64,000 nucleotides of DNA from Sandaracinaceae bacterium (lineage in GTDB: Bacteria > Myxococcota_A > Polyangia > Polyangiales > Sandaracinaceae). Numbering within the stretch: the first letter of the stretch is position 1; each line of letters starts with the position of its first letter. The notes below the pieces were generated by a model. It saw nothing but the letters and a program-made list of their open reading frames with translations. It made no database searches and was not told the DNA's origin. The stretch covers positions 1 through 64,000 of the forward strand of contig JBGCFC010000009.1 in assembly GCA_045106715.1 (NCBI GenBank). The letters are read 5' to 3'. A program made the translations under genes and the position numbers. Shown here piece by piece: positions 31,155-43,200 of the stretch.

Positions 31155-31985
31155 CTACGGACGCAGGTGCTTGGCGTGATGCCGGAGGTGGTCCTCCATG
31201 AAGCTCGCGATGAAGTAGTAGCTGTGGTCGTAGCCGTCTTGCATGCGCAAGGTCAGGGCCTGGCCGGCCGATTCACACGCCGCCTCGAAGCGATGCGGCT
31301 GGAGCTGCTCCTCCAGGAATCCATCCGCGGTGCCCTGGTCGATCAAGATGGGCGCCGGGTGTTGCTGCGCGCCGACGAGCAAGGTCGCGTCGTAGGCCGC
31401 CCACGCAGAACGGTCGTCGCCGAGGTAGTGGCCGAAGGCCTTGTGTCCCCAGGGGACCTCGGTGGGCGCGACGATCGGGGAAAACGCCGAGAGTGACCGC
31501 CACGCTTCGGGGTCCCGCAGGCCGAGCGCGAGCGCGCCGTGGCCGCCCATCGAGTGCCCCATGAGGCTGCGCATGCCGTCGGTCGGGAAGTTCGCGTCCA
31601 CCCAGGCCGGCAGCTCTTCGGTGATGTAGGTGTGCATGCGGTAGCGGCCGGACCACGGGGCCTCGGTGGCGTCCACATAGAAGCCCGCGCCGGTGCCGAA
31701 GTCCCAGTTGTCGTCTTCGCCTTCGTAGCCGGCGTCGCGCGGACTCGTGTCGGGGCACACGACGATCAGACCGAGCTCCGCCGCGACACGCTGAAAGCCA
31801 CCTTTCTCGGTGACGTTGGCCGCCGTGCACGTGAGGCCCGACAGGTAGTACACGGCCGGGAACGGCCCCTCGCCTGGAGGCACGTAGACGCTCAGCTCCA
31901 TCGGGCCGCCGCACGCGGCGCTCTCGTGTCGGTAGAACCCCTGCGTGCCGCCGAACGAGGCGTTGGACTTCAGCGCGTCAGGCAT
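31155..31985 (-). CDS. fghA: S-formylglutathione hydrolase (esterase D family)
   Basis: Diagnostic motifs are FPAVYYLSGLTCT, GHSMGGHGAL, SPIVAP and IDQGTADGFL. The gene lies 1 nt downstream of frmA. Confidence 0.85.
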   Translation of the reverse strand: MPDALKSNASFGGTQGFYRHESAACGGPMELSVYVPPGEGPFPAVYYLSGLTCTAANVTEKGGFQRVAAELGLIVVCPDTSPRDAGYEGEDDNWDFGTGAGFYVDATEAPWSGRYRMHTYITEELPAWVDANFPTDGMRSLMGHSMGGHGALALGLRDPEAWRSLSAFSPIVAPTEVPWGHKAFGHYLGDDRSAWAAYDATLLVGAQQHPAPILIDQGTADGFLEEQLQPHRFEAACESAGQALTLRMQDGYDHSYYFIASFMEDHLRHHAKHLRP

Positions 31986-31986
31986 C

Positions 31987-33096
<1,110 letters not shown>

Positions 33097-33127
33097 GACG
33101 GTTCCCTTCGGGCGGGGGCGAGCAAGC

Positions 33128-34003
33128 TCACCCCAGGTAGATGATAGCGACGACGGTGATGGCCCAGAGGCCGAAGTTCGCGATGAACGGGATGTCTTTC
33201 AACATCTCTTCGGTCGGGCTGTCCGAGCCGGGCTGGCCGCGCACGAGGCGCATGAAGCGGAGGATGGCGAACAGCGTGAACACGCCCGTCACGGGCAGCC
33301 ACGGCGTGCCGAACTGCTCGCGGGTGTGCGGGTCGAGTGTGTACGCCATGTAGGTGCAGACCGTCGCCGCTCCCGTCACCCACAAGAGCACGCGTACGAC
33401 CTTCTTGTTGTATCGCTCGAGCACCTTGCGACTGCTCGCTGACCCGCTGTGCTCCTGCTGCTCGAGCTCGTGGAAGCGCTTGCCGAAGCCAAGGAAGAAG
33501 GCGAGCAGGAACGTGACGGCGAGCAAGTACACCGAGGGCGGCACGTCGGCCGCGTACGAGCCGGCGAGCACCCGGAGCTCGAAGCCCAGCACGATCGACA
33601 TCACGTCGAGGTAGGCGACGCGCTTCATGCCGAAGCTGTAGGCGATGTTGTTGACCACGTAGGCGACGAGGACGGCGAGGCAGTACGGGTGCACGAACCA
33701 CGCGCCCGTCAGCGCAACCGCCGCGAGCACGACGCCCGTGACGCGAGCGGCGCTGAGGCTGACCACCCCGCTCGCGAGGGGGCGGTTCTTCTTGACCGGA
33801 TGGGCCCGGTCCGCCTCGACGTCGACGATGTCGTTGAGCACGTAGACCGCGCTCGCCAGGAGCGAGAAGCACGCGAAGGCCGCGACCGCGCCGACCACTT
33901 TCTGCGTGACGAACAGCTCTTGGGCAAACACGACCGGGGCGAGAACGAAGACGTTCTTCACCCACTGGTGCGGACGCATCGTCCGAATGAGCCCGGCGAG
34001 CAT
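33128..34003 (-). CDS. UbiA-family prenyltransferase (decaprenyl-phosphate phosphoribosyltransferase-like)
   Basis: It has 8-9 transmembrane helices. The Asp-rich motifs [23 protein letters not shown] and a second D-rich loop are typical of the DPPR-synthase branch. Confidence 0.65.
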   Translation of the reverse strand: MLAGLIRTMRPHQWVKNVFVLAPVVFAQELFVTQKVVGAVAAFACFSLLASAVYVLNDIVDVEADRAHPVKKNRPLASGVVSLSAARVTGVVLAAVALTGAWFVHPYCLAVLVAYVVNNIAYSFGMKRVAYLDVMSIVLGFELRVLAGSYAADVPPSVYLLAVTFLLAFFLGFGKRFHELEQQEHSGSASSRKVLERYNKKVVRVLLWVTGAATVCTYMAYTLDPHTREQFGTPWLPVTGVFTLFAILRFMRLVRGQPGSDSPTEEMLKDIPFIANFGLWAITVVAIIYLG

Positions 34004-34372
34004 GGCGCGCGACTGTAGCCCTTGTCGTGCCGTGATGCAGCCCAGTACCGCGGATCCGAACTCGTTCCGGGTTTGCGCCGTCCCTCGGCCACGATCTGCC
34101 CCCGCCCTCCTCCACGATGCTCAGCGTCGCGGCGTCACATCGAGGGCGACCAAATGTGCGATGGCTCGCCGGGATCCCGGATCGAGCTTCTTCAGACCGT
34201 CCCGGCGAAGCAAACCTAGGCAGAAGTGGACCCCCGCCGGCGTGAGGTCGACGGTCCGTGGTGGACTTCGGCGGGGGTCATCCTTCTTCGATGGGGGGCC
34301 GGCCTGGGGATCGGTGCGCAGGCGCTGTCCCGGTTCTCGGACTACAGTAGGTGCTTGGCTTGAGGTGTTCCG

Positions 34373-36502
34373 TTGTCTTCATCATTTTCTAGGTCACTTT
34401 TCGTGGTTTCGTCCCTTCTCTTGCTGCTGCCCACGGGGGCGATGGCCGAGGGGACCGATGAGCTGATGCCGACGGTGGGGGCGGCGGGGCGGCTCGGCCT
34501 CGTGGACGCCGACGTGGTTCTCCATGCCGACATCGTCGAGCCCGCCGACGAGGTCCTGTGTGTCGTAGGGCAAGACGCCTCGGGCGACCCTGTGACCTTC
34601 GACGTCGTCGGTGCCGACGGCGCGACAGTCGTGACGGGGGCGGCGAGCGACGGTGGCTGCGTCGGGTTCGCGGGTCGCCCGGCGGGCGCCTATCGGGTAC
34701 AGAATTTCTCGCGCGCCTTCACGTCCACCCGCCGCTGGGACCTCAGCGTCTGCGACAGCAGTCGCGGCGCGTGCGACGCCAGCGCGGGCAACCCGGCGCA
34801 CGTCGACGGACGGATCTTCGCGTTCCGATGGGTGTTCAACAGCACACCCACGCAGTCGGAGGCCCGGGCTGTGAGCGCCAGTGTCTATGCGCGGGTGCCC
34901 ATCGGGCGCTTCGGTCTCGGTGTGGTGGAGCTTCAACTCGGGGGTGTACACGGCCTGGCGCGCTGGGAGCTGCTGGCGAACGGCTCGGGCATCGACGGGG
35001 TGAACCCCTCTCGGAGCACGGGCGAGGGCAGGACGGTCGCGACGGAGTACCCCATCTACTTCAACCCGCCGGATCCTGCGGTCGCCGCCTACGGGGTGCC
35101 CGACCCGCAGATCGCCGACTTTGTGTTCACCGCGTCCGGCGTGGGGGAGGGCTGCGGCGCGATCGAGCCGGGCCGCAACCTGGCCGCGTTCGAGTTCGAC
35201 GTGAACATGCCGGGCCGCGTGCGGTTGTTGTGCGACCTCGACGGAGACGGGAACTTCGACGCCTCGGGCGCCGACGACCTGGTCCTGAACGGCGAGGCGG
35301 AAGTGGGCGGCAACCGCCTCGAGTGGGACGGCACGAGCGGAGGCGGCGACGTCGCGGCCGGCACGTACGACTGCCTCGTCGAGCTGAGCGCGGGCGAGTT
35401 TCATTACGTGGCCGAGGACATCGAGGTCGCCTACCCGGGCCTTCGGATGTTCCAGGTGAGTCCCTCGCTCGTACGCACCCCACTGCCGATGTTCTGGAAC
35501 GACTCTGCGGTGGTGCCGGACGCGCCCATCACGATGCCCAACGGCGACGTGCCCGTCGCGTTCTCGCCCGAGGGCGGCCTCTCGGCGGGCCCCTACACCG
35601 ACGGGGCCAGCGCGCACGGGATGAGCATGCCCGGCAACGCGCGTGGGTGGGGCACGTTCACCACCAGTGGCTCGGTGACGGGGAGCCGCGGCGACCGCAA
35701 CCTCATGGACACATGGACCAGTCTCGACACCGTGCGCAGCGGCGTGGTGAGCGTGCGCGTGTTCGGCCGTGACGCGGACTGCGACGGCACCGGCGGGACC
35801 GACCTCGAGGAGGTCTGCGTGATGGGCACCGATCCGTGCGCGTGCGATTCGGACGCGGAGTGCGACGACGGCATCGAATGCACCCAGGACCGATGTGACG
35901 GCACGGCCTGCGTCGCCACGCCGCTCCCCGCCCGAACCTCCTGCGCGGGCGGGCTGTGCGACGGACAAAACCCCGCGATGTGCGTGATGTGCCTCGAGAC
36001 GAGCGACTGTCCGACGGGCACCGTCTGCACCGACACCCGATGCGTGGGGGATGACGACGACATGGACACGCTGCCCAACGCCGTGGAGTGTCCGGAGCTC
36101 GCGTCGGGGGGTGACTGCGTCGACCGCGACGGCGACGGGATGGTGGACTACCTCGACCCCGACGACGACAACGACGGGCTGCTGACGCGTGACGAGGTCG
36201 CCGACGGCGCGATGCACGGCAACGACGTGGACGGGGACGGCACGCTCAACTGGCACGACACCGACGCGGACGACGACGGCTTGCTGGACGCCGACGAGGG
36301 GCGTGGCGACGACGACGGCGACGGCGTTCCCAACTACCTCGACCCGGCCTCCCCGGTCGAGCCACCCGCCCCGATGGGCGGATTCGGAATCTCCGGCGGC
36401 GCCTGTTCGGTGGGGCAGCGGTCGAGCGGAGCGCCGTGGGCGGTCGTGTCGCTGTTCTTGCTCGTGGCGTGGGCGCGGCGCCGGAGCGCTCGGGCGGTGT
36501 AG
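34373..36502 (+). CDS. Secreted protein with thrombospondin-type-3-like Ca-binding Asp repeats and a MYXO-CTERM-like sorting tail
   Basis: The TTG start sits 5 nt after a GAGGTG SD; a GTG at 34403 is an alternative. The signal peptide is ...LLLLLPTGAMA. TSP3-like repeats include DRDGDGMVDYLDPDDDNDGLLTRDE...DVDGDGTLNWHDTDADDDGLLDADE...DDDGDGVPNYLD. The C-terminus reads GGACS...PWAVVSLFLLVAWARRRS. Confidence 0.65.
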   Translation: MSSSFSRSLFVVSSLLLLLPTGAMAEGTDELMPTVGAAGRLGLVDADVVLHADIVEPADEVLCVVGQDASGDPVTFDVVGADGATVVTGAASDGGCVGFAGRPAGAYRVQNFSRAFTSTRRWDLSVCDSSRGACDASAGNPAHVDGRIFAFRWVFNSTPTQSEARAVSASVYARVPIGRFGLGVVELQLGGVHGLARWELLANGSGIDGVNPSRSTGEGRTVATEYPIYFNPPDPAVAAYGVPDPQIADFVFTASGVGEGCGAIEPGRNLAAFEFDVNMPGRVRLLCDLDGDGNFDASGADDLVLNGEAEVGGNRLEWDGTSGGGDVAAGTYDCLVELSAGEFHYVAEDIEVAYPGLRMFQVSPSLVRTPLPMFWNDSAVVPDAPITMPNGDVPVAFSPEGGLSAGPYTDGASAHGMSMPGNARGWGTFTTSGSVTGSRGDRNLMDTWTSLDTVRSGVVSVRVFGRDADCDGTGGTDLEEVCVMGTDPCACDSDAECDDGIECTQDRCDGTACVATPLPARTSCAGGLCDGQNPAMCVMCLETSDCPTGTVCTDTRCVGDDDDMDTLPNAVECPELASGGDCVDRDGDGMVDYLDPDDDNDGLLTRDEVADGAMHGNDVDGDGTLNWHDTDADDDGLLDADEGRGDDDGDGVPNYLDPASPVEPPAPMGGFGISGGACSVGQRSSGAPWAVVSLFLLVAWARRRSARAV

Positions 36503-36647
36503 AAGACGGCCCCCTGCCGCGCAGCGCGGGAAGCTCGGAACATCCAAGGACTTGTGCTTGTCGGTGTTCCATGGCGTGGGTACGGTTCCCCGCCTTTTGG
36601 AGACCCCTTTGCCGTCACTGCCCGCTCGTGTCCGAACCGCCACGCCG

Positions 36648-39600
36648 ATGGTGATCGCGCTGACCCTCTTCGGGCTTCTCCCGGGGTCGGCGTCCGCCCA
36701 GAACCCGTTCGACGCCGAGCATGCGTCCCTCGCCGCCGATGTCCGTCGTGCGCGCGGGCCCGAGGCGATGCTGCCGCTGCTCGACCTGTGGCGAGGCTGG
36801 GATCAGGTCGCGCCCGGAACGGCGATGCGAAACCTCGACGCGGTCATCGCCGACCGCCGGGTGTCCGCCCCGGTGCGCGCCTATGCACGCGGGCTTCGGG
36901 CCCGGGCGCTCCTGCGTGCAGGGGACGAGGCGGCGAGCCGGGCGGAGATCGACGCGCTCGGATTTGTCCGGGACTGGCGGGTCGTCGGTCCGTTCGACAA
37001 CGAGGGAAAGACGGGCTTTGACCGCGAATACCCGCCGGAGGCGAACCGCATGGCGGCGGTGGACCTCGGCGCGAGCTTCGAAGGGCGTGAGCGCTCGGTG
37101 GCGTGGCGCACCTACCCCGACGTCACCCGGTTCGGCTATGTCTCGTTCGACGCGGTCGCGCGGCCCCGCGCCAACGTGTGCGGATACGCCGAGACCTTCG
37201 TGGAGAGCGAGCGCGCGCAGGCGCTGTCGCTCTGGGTGGGGGGGGGCGGCGCGGTGCGCGTCTGGTGGAACGGTGAGGTCGTGCACGAAGACGGCGCCTA
37301 CCGGATCCCCCACCCCGATCGTGCGGTCGCCCTCGTCGGCGCGCACCGCGGGCTCAACCGGGTCCTGGTCAAGGCGTGCGCGACCGACCGACTCTGGGGC
37401 TTCTACCTCAGGTTGGGCGACCCCAGCGGCGATGCGCCGTCCGGGGTGTCCGCGCGCTCGACGGCATCGGACGAAGACGTGGCTGGCATCGCGTCGGGCT
37501 CCGGTGTGAGTCGGCTGCCCCGCGCTCCGGTGGCCCCCTTCGCGGCGCTGACCGAGGCGGCCGCGGGAGACGATGCGTCGGCGTCGGCGCTGGAGAACCT
37601 CGCGCGTTTCCTGGTGCGCACGGGAAGCGACGATCCAGCCGAAGAGCGCGCCCGGCAGTTGGCCGCGCGGGCTGCGGACGCCGAGCCCACGATCGGTCGG
37701 CTGGCCCTGGCGGCCGGCCTCGCGAACCAGCGCGGAGAGGCCATGCGTTTCGCCTCGCGCGCCGAAGAGATGGCGTCCGGCGACCCGGACAGCCTGCTGC
37801 TCCGCGCCCGGATCGCGTCTGCGGGGCCGAGCCCGGAGGCGGCCCTTCCGATCCTCCGTCGCCTGCCGGCGGGGACGACCGCGTCGATGGACGGCGCCGT
37901 GCTCGAGGCGGAAATCCTCCGCATGCTGGGCCTGCCGGAGACGGCCCGCGCGCGGGTGGAGGCGGCTGCGGCCCGCGCGCCCGGGGCGCCGGCGTGGGTC
38001 GGTCAGCGCGCGTCGGCGGCGGGTGCGGCCGAGCGCCGGGACGAGATGATCCAGCTGCGCACGGAGCTGTTGACCCTGCGCTACGACGACCTCGGCTCGC
38101 GCCGGGTCCTGATCGACGACGCGATGTCGCGCGGGGAGTCGGAGGCGGTGTTGGCCCAGCTGGACGTCTACCGAAGGCTCGCACCGTCACGCGCACAGAC
38201 TTACACGATGGCAGCCGGCATCTACGAGGCGCTCGAGATGGGCGAGCGGCAGTTCGCTGCGTACCGTGAGGGCCTCGAGGTCGCGCCCGAAGACGCCTCG
38301 CTGCACGTGGCGCACGGCCGCGCGCTGTTGCGGGTCGGGCAGACGGACGCGGGGGCGGCCGCGCTCCGGGACGCGCTCGCGCTGAGGCCGCAGGACGCGG
38401 CGACGCGTGAGCTGCTGGAGCAGCTGGCGCCCGAAGAGCGCATGGACGAGGCCTACGCGGCCGAGCCAGAGACACTGCTGGCGCGACGCGGAGACGCCAA
38501 CGGCTTCCCGATCACGATGCTGCAGGACCTCACGGTCAACACGGTCTTCGAAAGCGGTCTGGGCTCCGCGTTCCGCCAGGTCGCGGTGCAGATCCACGAC
38601 ACCGAGGGCGCGCGGCAGTGGCGCACGTTTCCGATCCAGTACGACCCCGACGTGCAGCGCGTCGACATCCGGCAGGCGCGGGTCTTCCGAGACGGGGAGC
38701 AGCTCTCGGCGGCCCGGACCTACGAGCGTCCGCTGGGCGAGCCCTGGTACCGCATCTTCTACGACACGCGCGCCCGCATCGTGGTGTTCCCCGACCTCGA
38801 GCCCGGGGACGTCATCGAGCTGCGCTACCGGATCGACGACGTCGCGCCGCGGAACCTTTTCGACGACTACTACGGCGACGTCACGTTCTTTCAGCGCAGC
38901 GTGCCGCTGGCCCAGGTCGACTACGTGTTGATCACGCCCGAGTCCCGCGCGTTCCATATGAACGAGCCCCGGCTCGCGCAGCTCACCCACGAGGTCGAGG
39001 TGCGGGACGGGCAGCGCATCCATCACTACGCGGCGGCCGATGTCGCCCCGCTCGAGTCTGAGCCGTCGTCGCCCGGCATGACTGAGCTGGCGCCGTACCT
39101 GCACGTCTCGACCTACCGCACTTGGGAGGACGTCGGCCGGTGGTACTGGGGCTTGATCTCCGATCAGCTCTACGCCGACGAGGACCTCCGCAACACGGTG
39201 GCCGAGCTCGTGGACGGTGCGCCCGACACGCGCGAGAAGGTGCGCCGCATCTACGATTGGGTCATCCGCAACACGCGCTACGTGGCGCTGGAGTTCGGGA
39301 TCCATGGCTTCTTGCCCTACCGCGTTCCGGACATCGTCAACCGCGGGTTCGGCGACTGCAAAGACAAGGCGTCGCTCATCTACACGATGCTTCAGGTGGC
39401 GGGCATCGACGCGCGCATCGTGCTGACCCGCACACGTCGAAACGGCGACATCGACGAGGCGCCCGCGTCGCTCTCCGTGTTCGACCACGCGATCGCGTAC
39501 GTGCCGGAGCTCGACCTCTACCTGGATGGAACGGCTGAGTTCACGGGCATCGAAGAGCTGCCGCGCATGGACCAGGGCGTCATGGTGTTGCGCGTCGGGC

Positions 39601-40283
39601 CCGACTCGGTGGAGCTCGCGCGCACGCCCGTGCTGGAGCCGTCGGCCAACACGCGGAGCCGCGAGGTGACGATGCGTGTCTCCGAAGACGGCTCGGGCAC
39701 GGTGGAGCTCGAGGAGACGGTCCGCGGCGTAGAGACGCCCGGCTACCGCTCCCGCTACCAGGCCGAGGGCGTCCGTGAAGAGCGCCTCGCCCGGCAGTAC
39801 CGCCGGCTGTTTCCCGGCTTGGAGCTGACGGATTCGAGCATCGAGGGGTTGGACGACTTCAACGCGCCAGCCGTCATTCGGCTCGAGGGCAGCGCGCCGC
39901 AGCTCGGGGTGCGCGACGGGCGCACGCTTCGAGTCGGGCCGACGATGCTGCACGACCTGACGCGCAACCTTGCACCCATTCCGTCCCGCGACCTGCCGCT
40001 CGATCTCGGTGCGCGCACCACGTACGTCGAGCAGCGCCGGGTGGTCTTGCCGCGCGGTTGGTCGGCGGGGGAGTTGCCGCCGGGAGGCGAGCTGGAGTCG
40101 CCGTTCGGTCGACTGTCGATGACGGTGGCGGAGGCGCGCGGCGCCATCGAAGTACGGACGGAGTTCGAGATGCGTGTCGATCGCGTGTCGCCTGAGCAAT
40201 ACGGCGCGTTCCGGACTTGGGTGGAGGAGGCCGATCAAGTGCTGCGGCAACGACTGACGCTTCGCGCGGGAGGTGCGCAGTGA
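36648..40283 (+). CDS. Secreted TPR-repeat + transglutaminase-like (DUF3857/DUF3858-type) protein with an intact Cys-His-Asp triad
   Basis: The ATG at 36648 gives the signal peptide MVIALTLFGLLPGSASAQ. An N-terminal TPR-like helical region precedes a transglutaminase core: GFGDCKDKASLIYTMLQ ... FDHAIAYV ... YLDGTAEF. Confidence 0.7.
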   Translation: MVIALTLFGLLPGSASAQNPFDAEHASLAADVRRARGPEAMLPLLDLWRGWDQVAPGTAMRNLDAVIADRRVSAPVRAYARGLRARALLRAGDEAASRAEIDALGFVRDWRVVGPFDNEGKTGFDREYPPEANRMAAVDLGASFEGRERSVAWRTYPDVTRFGYVSFDAVARPRANVCGYAETFVESERAQALSLWVGGGGAVRVWWNGEVVHEDGAYRIPHPDRAVALVGAHRGLNRVLVKACATDRLWGFYLRLGDPSGDAPSGVSARSTASDEDVAGIASGSGVSRLPRAPVAPFAALTEAAAGDDASASALENLARFLVRTGSDDPAEERARQLAARAADAEPTIGRLALAAGLANQRGEAMRFASRAEEMASGDPDSLLLRARIASAGPSPEAALPILRRLPAGTTASMDGAVLEAEILRMLGLPETARARVEAAAARAPGAPAWVGQRASAAGAAERRDEMIQLRTELLTLRYDDLGSRRVLIDDAMSRGESEAVLAQLDVYRRLAPSRAQTYTMAAGIYEALEMGERQFAAYREGLEVAPEDASLHVAHGRALLRVGQTDAGAAALRDALALRPQDAATRELLEQLAPEERMDEAYAAEPETLLARRGDANGFPITMLQDLTVNTVFESGLGSAFRQVAVQIHDTEGARQWRTFPIQYDPDVQRVDIRQARVFRDGEQLSAARTYERPLGEPWYRIFYDTRARIVVFPDLEPGDVIELRYRIDDVAPRNLFDDYYGDVTFFQRSVPLAQVDYVLITPESRAFHMNEPRLAQLTHEVEVRDGQRIHHYAAADVAPLESEPSSPGMTELAPYLHVSTYRTWEDVGRWYWGLISDQLYADEDLRNTVAELVDGAPDTREKVRRIYDWVIRNTRYVALEFGIHGFLPYRVPDIVNRGFGDCKDKASLIYTMLQVAGIDARIVLTRTRRNGDIDEAPASLSVFDHAIAYVPELDLYLDGTAEFTGIEELPRMDQGVMVLRVGPDSVELARTPVLEPSANTRSREVTMRVSEDGSGTVELEETVRGVETPGYRSRYQAEGVREERLARQYRRLFPGLELTDSSIEGLDDFNAPAVIRLEGSAPQLGVRDGRTLRVGPTMLHDLTRNLAPIPSRDLPLDLGARTTYVEQRRVVLPRGWSAGELPPGGELESPFGRLSMTVAEARGAIEVRTEFEMRVDRVSPEQYGAFRTWVEEADQVLRQRLTLRAGGAQ

Positions 40284-43200
40284 CTTTGCATCGCACCCTG
40301 CTGTCCCTTTCGTGTTTGCTCTTCGTCGCTTGCGGCGGGGCCCGGCACGCCGAGACGCTGACCATCGACGACGTGCGCGCGCGAGCCGAATCCGCGCCCG
40401 ACGACCCGGCCGCGCAGCGTGCGCTCGCCGAGGCCGAGTTCCTGATGCGCGGCGGCGATCCGGCCCGCGTCGAGGACGCGTTCGAGCGGGCGCGTCGGCT
40501 CAATCCAGACGACCTCGGCCTTGTGTTCCTCGGCGCGGTCGAGCGCGAGATGCACGGTCACCCCTCCGACGCGCTGGACGCGTTCCTCGACGTCATCGCG
40601 CGCAGCCGCACGAGCGCCGACCCACGCGCGGCAGCGTTCGCGCAGGTCGCGGCGGCCGAGATCGAGGGCCTCGACGACGCGGTCCCGAACTTCGCCGATC
40701 GCGTCGCCGAAGGTCTCGGCCCGATTCACGCGGAGCCGGGGGGCATCGGTGACGGCGCCCGCGCGACGATCGCGGACCTCTTGATCGACATCGCGTACCG
40801 GCAAGGGAACGTCGATCGCGTCGCCGCGCTCACCGCGGCGCAGCGTTGCGGCACGGAGTGGCGGATCGCCGGTCCCTTCGGTCCGCGTCATCTGCTGGGC
40901 TTCCAGCAGGCGCTCGCACCGGACACGGACGACACGCTCAGCGGCGAGTACGAGCTCGGCCCGGCGCGAGGTGCGCGCGAGACCCGGACGCTCCAAGCGC
41001 GCGGCTGCAACGTGCATCTCGGCGGCGGCCCGGTGGCTGGCCCGGGCACGACCTTCGCGGAGACCACGCTCGAGATCCCTTCCGCTGGACGCTGGGTGCT
41101 CCGAGTGGAGACGCCGAACGCCGTGCAGGTGTTCGTCGATGGCGACCCTGTGGCGCAGATCGACCGCCGCCGCGAGCCGTCGGGGCGCGCGAGCTTTCAT
41201 GCGCTTGATCTGACGGCGGGAAGCCACCGCGTGCGCGTGCGTGTCACGACGCGGCACCCCAACCCCGTGCTGCACGTCAGCGCGTCCCAGACCGCCGGCA
41301 CACCCGGAGGCGCCGCGCTCAGCGCCGCGGACCTCACGACCGCGCTCCTCGAGGCTCAGCTCGCCATGGCGCGCGGCGACGTGGTGCGCGCGCGGGAGCT
41401 CATGCGCACGCACGTGCACGAAGACGGCGCGCCCGTGTTCTTGATCGCGGCCTCGGCGGCGACGCTGAACGACCCGCTGCGCAGCGGGGGTGTACGGCAC
41501 GACACCGCGCGTCGCCTTCTCGGTTGGGCGGCGGAGCGCGACGAAGCGGTGTGGTATCCGCGGCTCACCCTCGCCCAGCTCGAGGCGAACGAGGGCCGCG
41601 ACGTGAACGCCATCGAGGTGCTGCGTGCGTCGGCGGAGCGCTGGCCCGAGTTGGTCATCTTCCCGCTTCAGCTCAACGACCTGCTCACGGCGCGTGGATG
41701 GCACGCGCAAGCGGACGAAGCGGTGGCGAACGCGCGGGCCGCGGTGTCGTCGGCGTGTCGCCCGCTCCGGGCGGAGCTCAACCGGGCGCGCCGTCGTCAT
41801 CGCGCGGCCGAGGCGTTGAGCGCGGCCCAGGCGATCGTGGCATGCGACGCACGAAGCGACGCGCTGCTGACCCTGCGCGTGCGTCGCCGGGAGTGGGACG
41901 CCGCCCGAGCCGAACTCGCGCGCCTCGCCGAACTCGAGCCGGAACAGAGCACGATCGGCGAGCTGCAGGCCGAGCTCGAGATGGCGCAGGCGCGCGGCGA
42001 CGAAGCGGAGGTTCGCCGGCTGATCGGCGCGCTCCGAACGCGCATCCCGCGGGGCGACCAGCTCGTCCTCGCGAGCGCCGACCGACAGCTCGCGGCCGGG
42101 GACGCGCAGTCCGCGCGTGGCACGCTCCGTGACGCCATGGCGGCCGACCCGCAGGCGATGATGGGGCTCCAGCGCGTGAACTGGGCGGTGGGCGGGACCA
42201 TGCCGCTCGAGGCGTTCCGGCGCGACGGTGGCGAGGTCATCAGTGACCTCGAGGCGAGCGACCGCCAGTACGAAGAGCCGATGGTGCTCGTCTTCGACTA
42301 CACGGTGTACCGGGTCTTCGAAGATGGCTCGATGCTGGAGCTGACCCACAACATCTTCCGACTCCAGAGCCAGGAGGCGGTCGACCGCATGGGCGAGTAC
42401 GCCGTGCCCGAGGGGGCGCACATGTTGACGCTCCGCACGGTCAAAGCCGATGGGACACGCCTCGAGCCCGACGAGATCGCGGGCAAGGACACCATCAGCT
42501 TCCCGAGCCTCTCGCCCGGGGACTACATCGAGTTCGAGTACGTGCGTGGCCACGAGCCGCCCGCGGGCTACCCGGGGGGCTTCATCGGGGATCGCTTCTA
42601 CTTCCGCAACTACGAGACGCCGTTCGACCTGTCGCAGCTGACGGTGGTCACGCCGTCGGCCATGGAGCTGACGCTCGACCCACGCGGCGAGGCGCCGGAG
42701 ACGGAGCTCGAGGAGCGCGACGGCCTCCGCGTCCATCGTTGGACGGCACGCGAGAGCCGGCCGTTCAGCCAGGAGCCGGCGTCCATCCCGGCGCGCGAGT
42801 TCTTCCCCTCGGTCTACTGGGGTCGGGGCGCGGATTGGGACCTCTACATCGAGAGCCTGCGCGACGTGCTCGCCGACCGCGACATGCGAGACCCGGCCGC
42901 CGAGCGGCTGGTGGCGGGCATCGTCGGGCCGGAGTCGTCCACCCCCGAGCAGCGTGCCGCGCGGATCTACCAGTGGGTGCTGGAGAACATCGAGGACTCG
43001 CAGGACGTGTTCGGGAGTGCGCCGGCGATGGTGGCGGCGCGGACGGGCAACCGGACGCGGGTCTATCGGTACTTGCTCGACATGGCGGGGATCGAAGCGG
43101 AGCTCGCGTTGGCCCGCAGCTTCGGCGCGGACCGCCACGAGGGTGTGCTCCCGGACGACGACACGTATCAGAACCTGGTCGTGCGTCTGCGCGGCACCAC

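Noticed and set aside
34394-36643. 749-aa minus-strand ORF
   Set aside because: It is antisense to the TSP3-repeat secreted protein, which has a signal peptide and a MYXO-CTERM tail. It shows no coherent features.
38187-40250. 687-aa minus-strand ORF and the cluster of Arg-rich ORFs at 37376..38475
   Set aside because: They are antisense to the TPR/transglutaminase gene and are low complexity.
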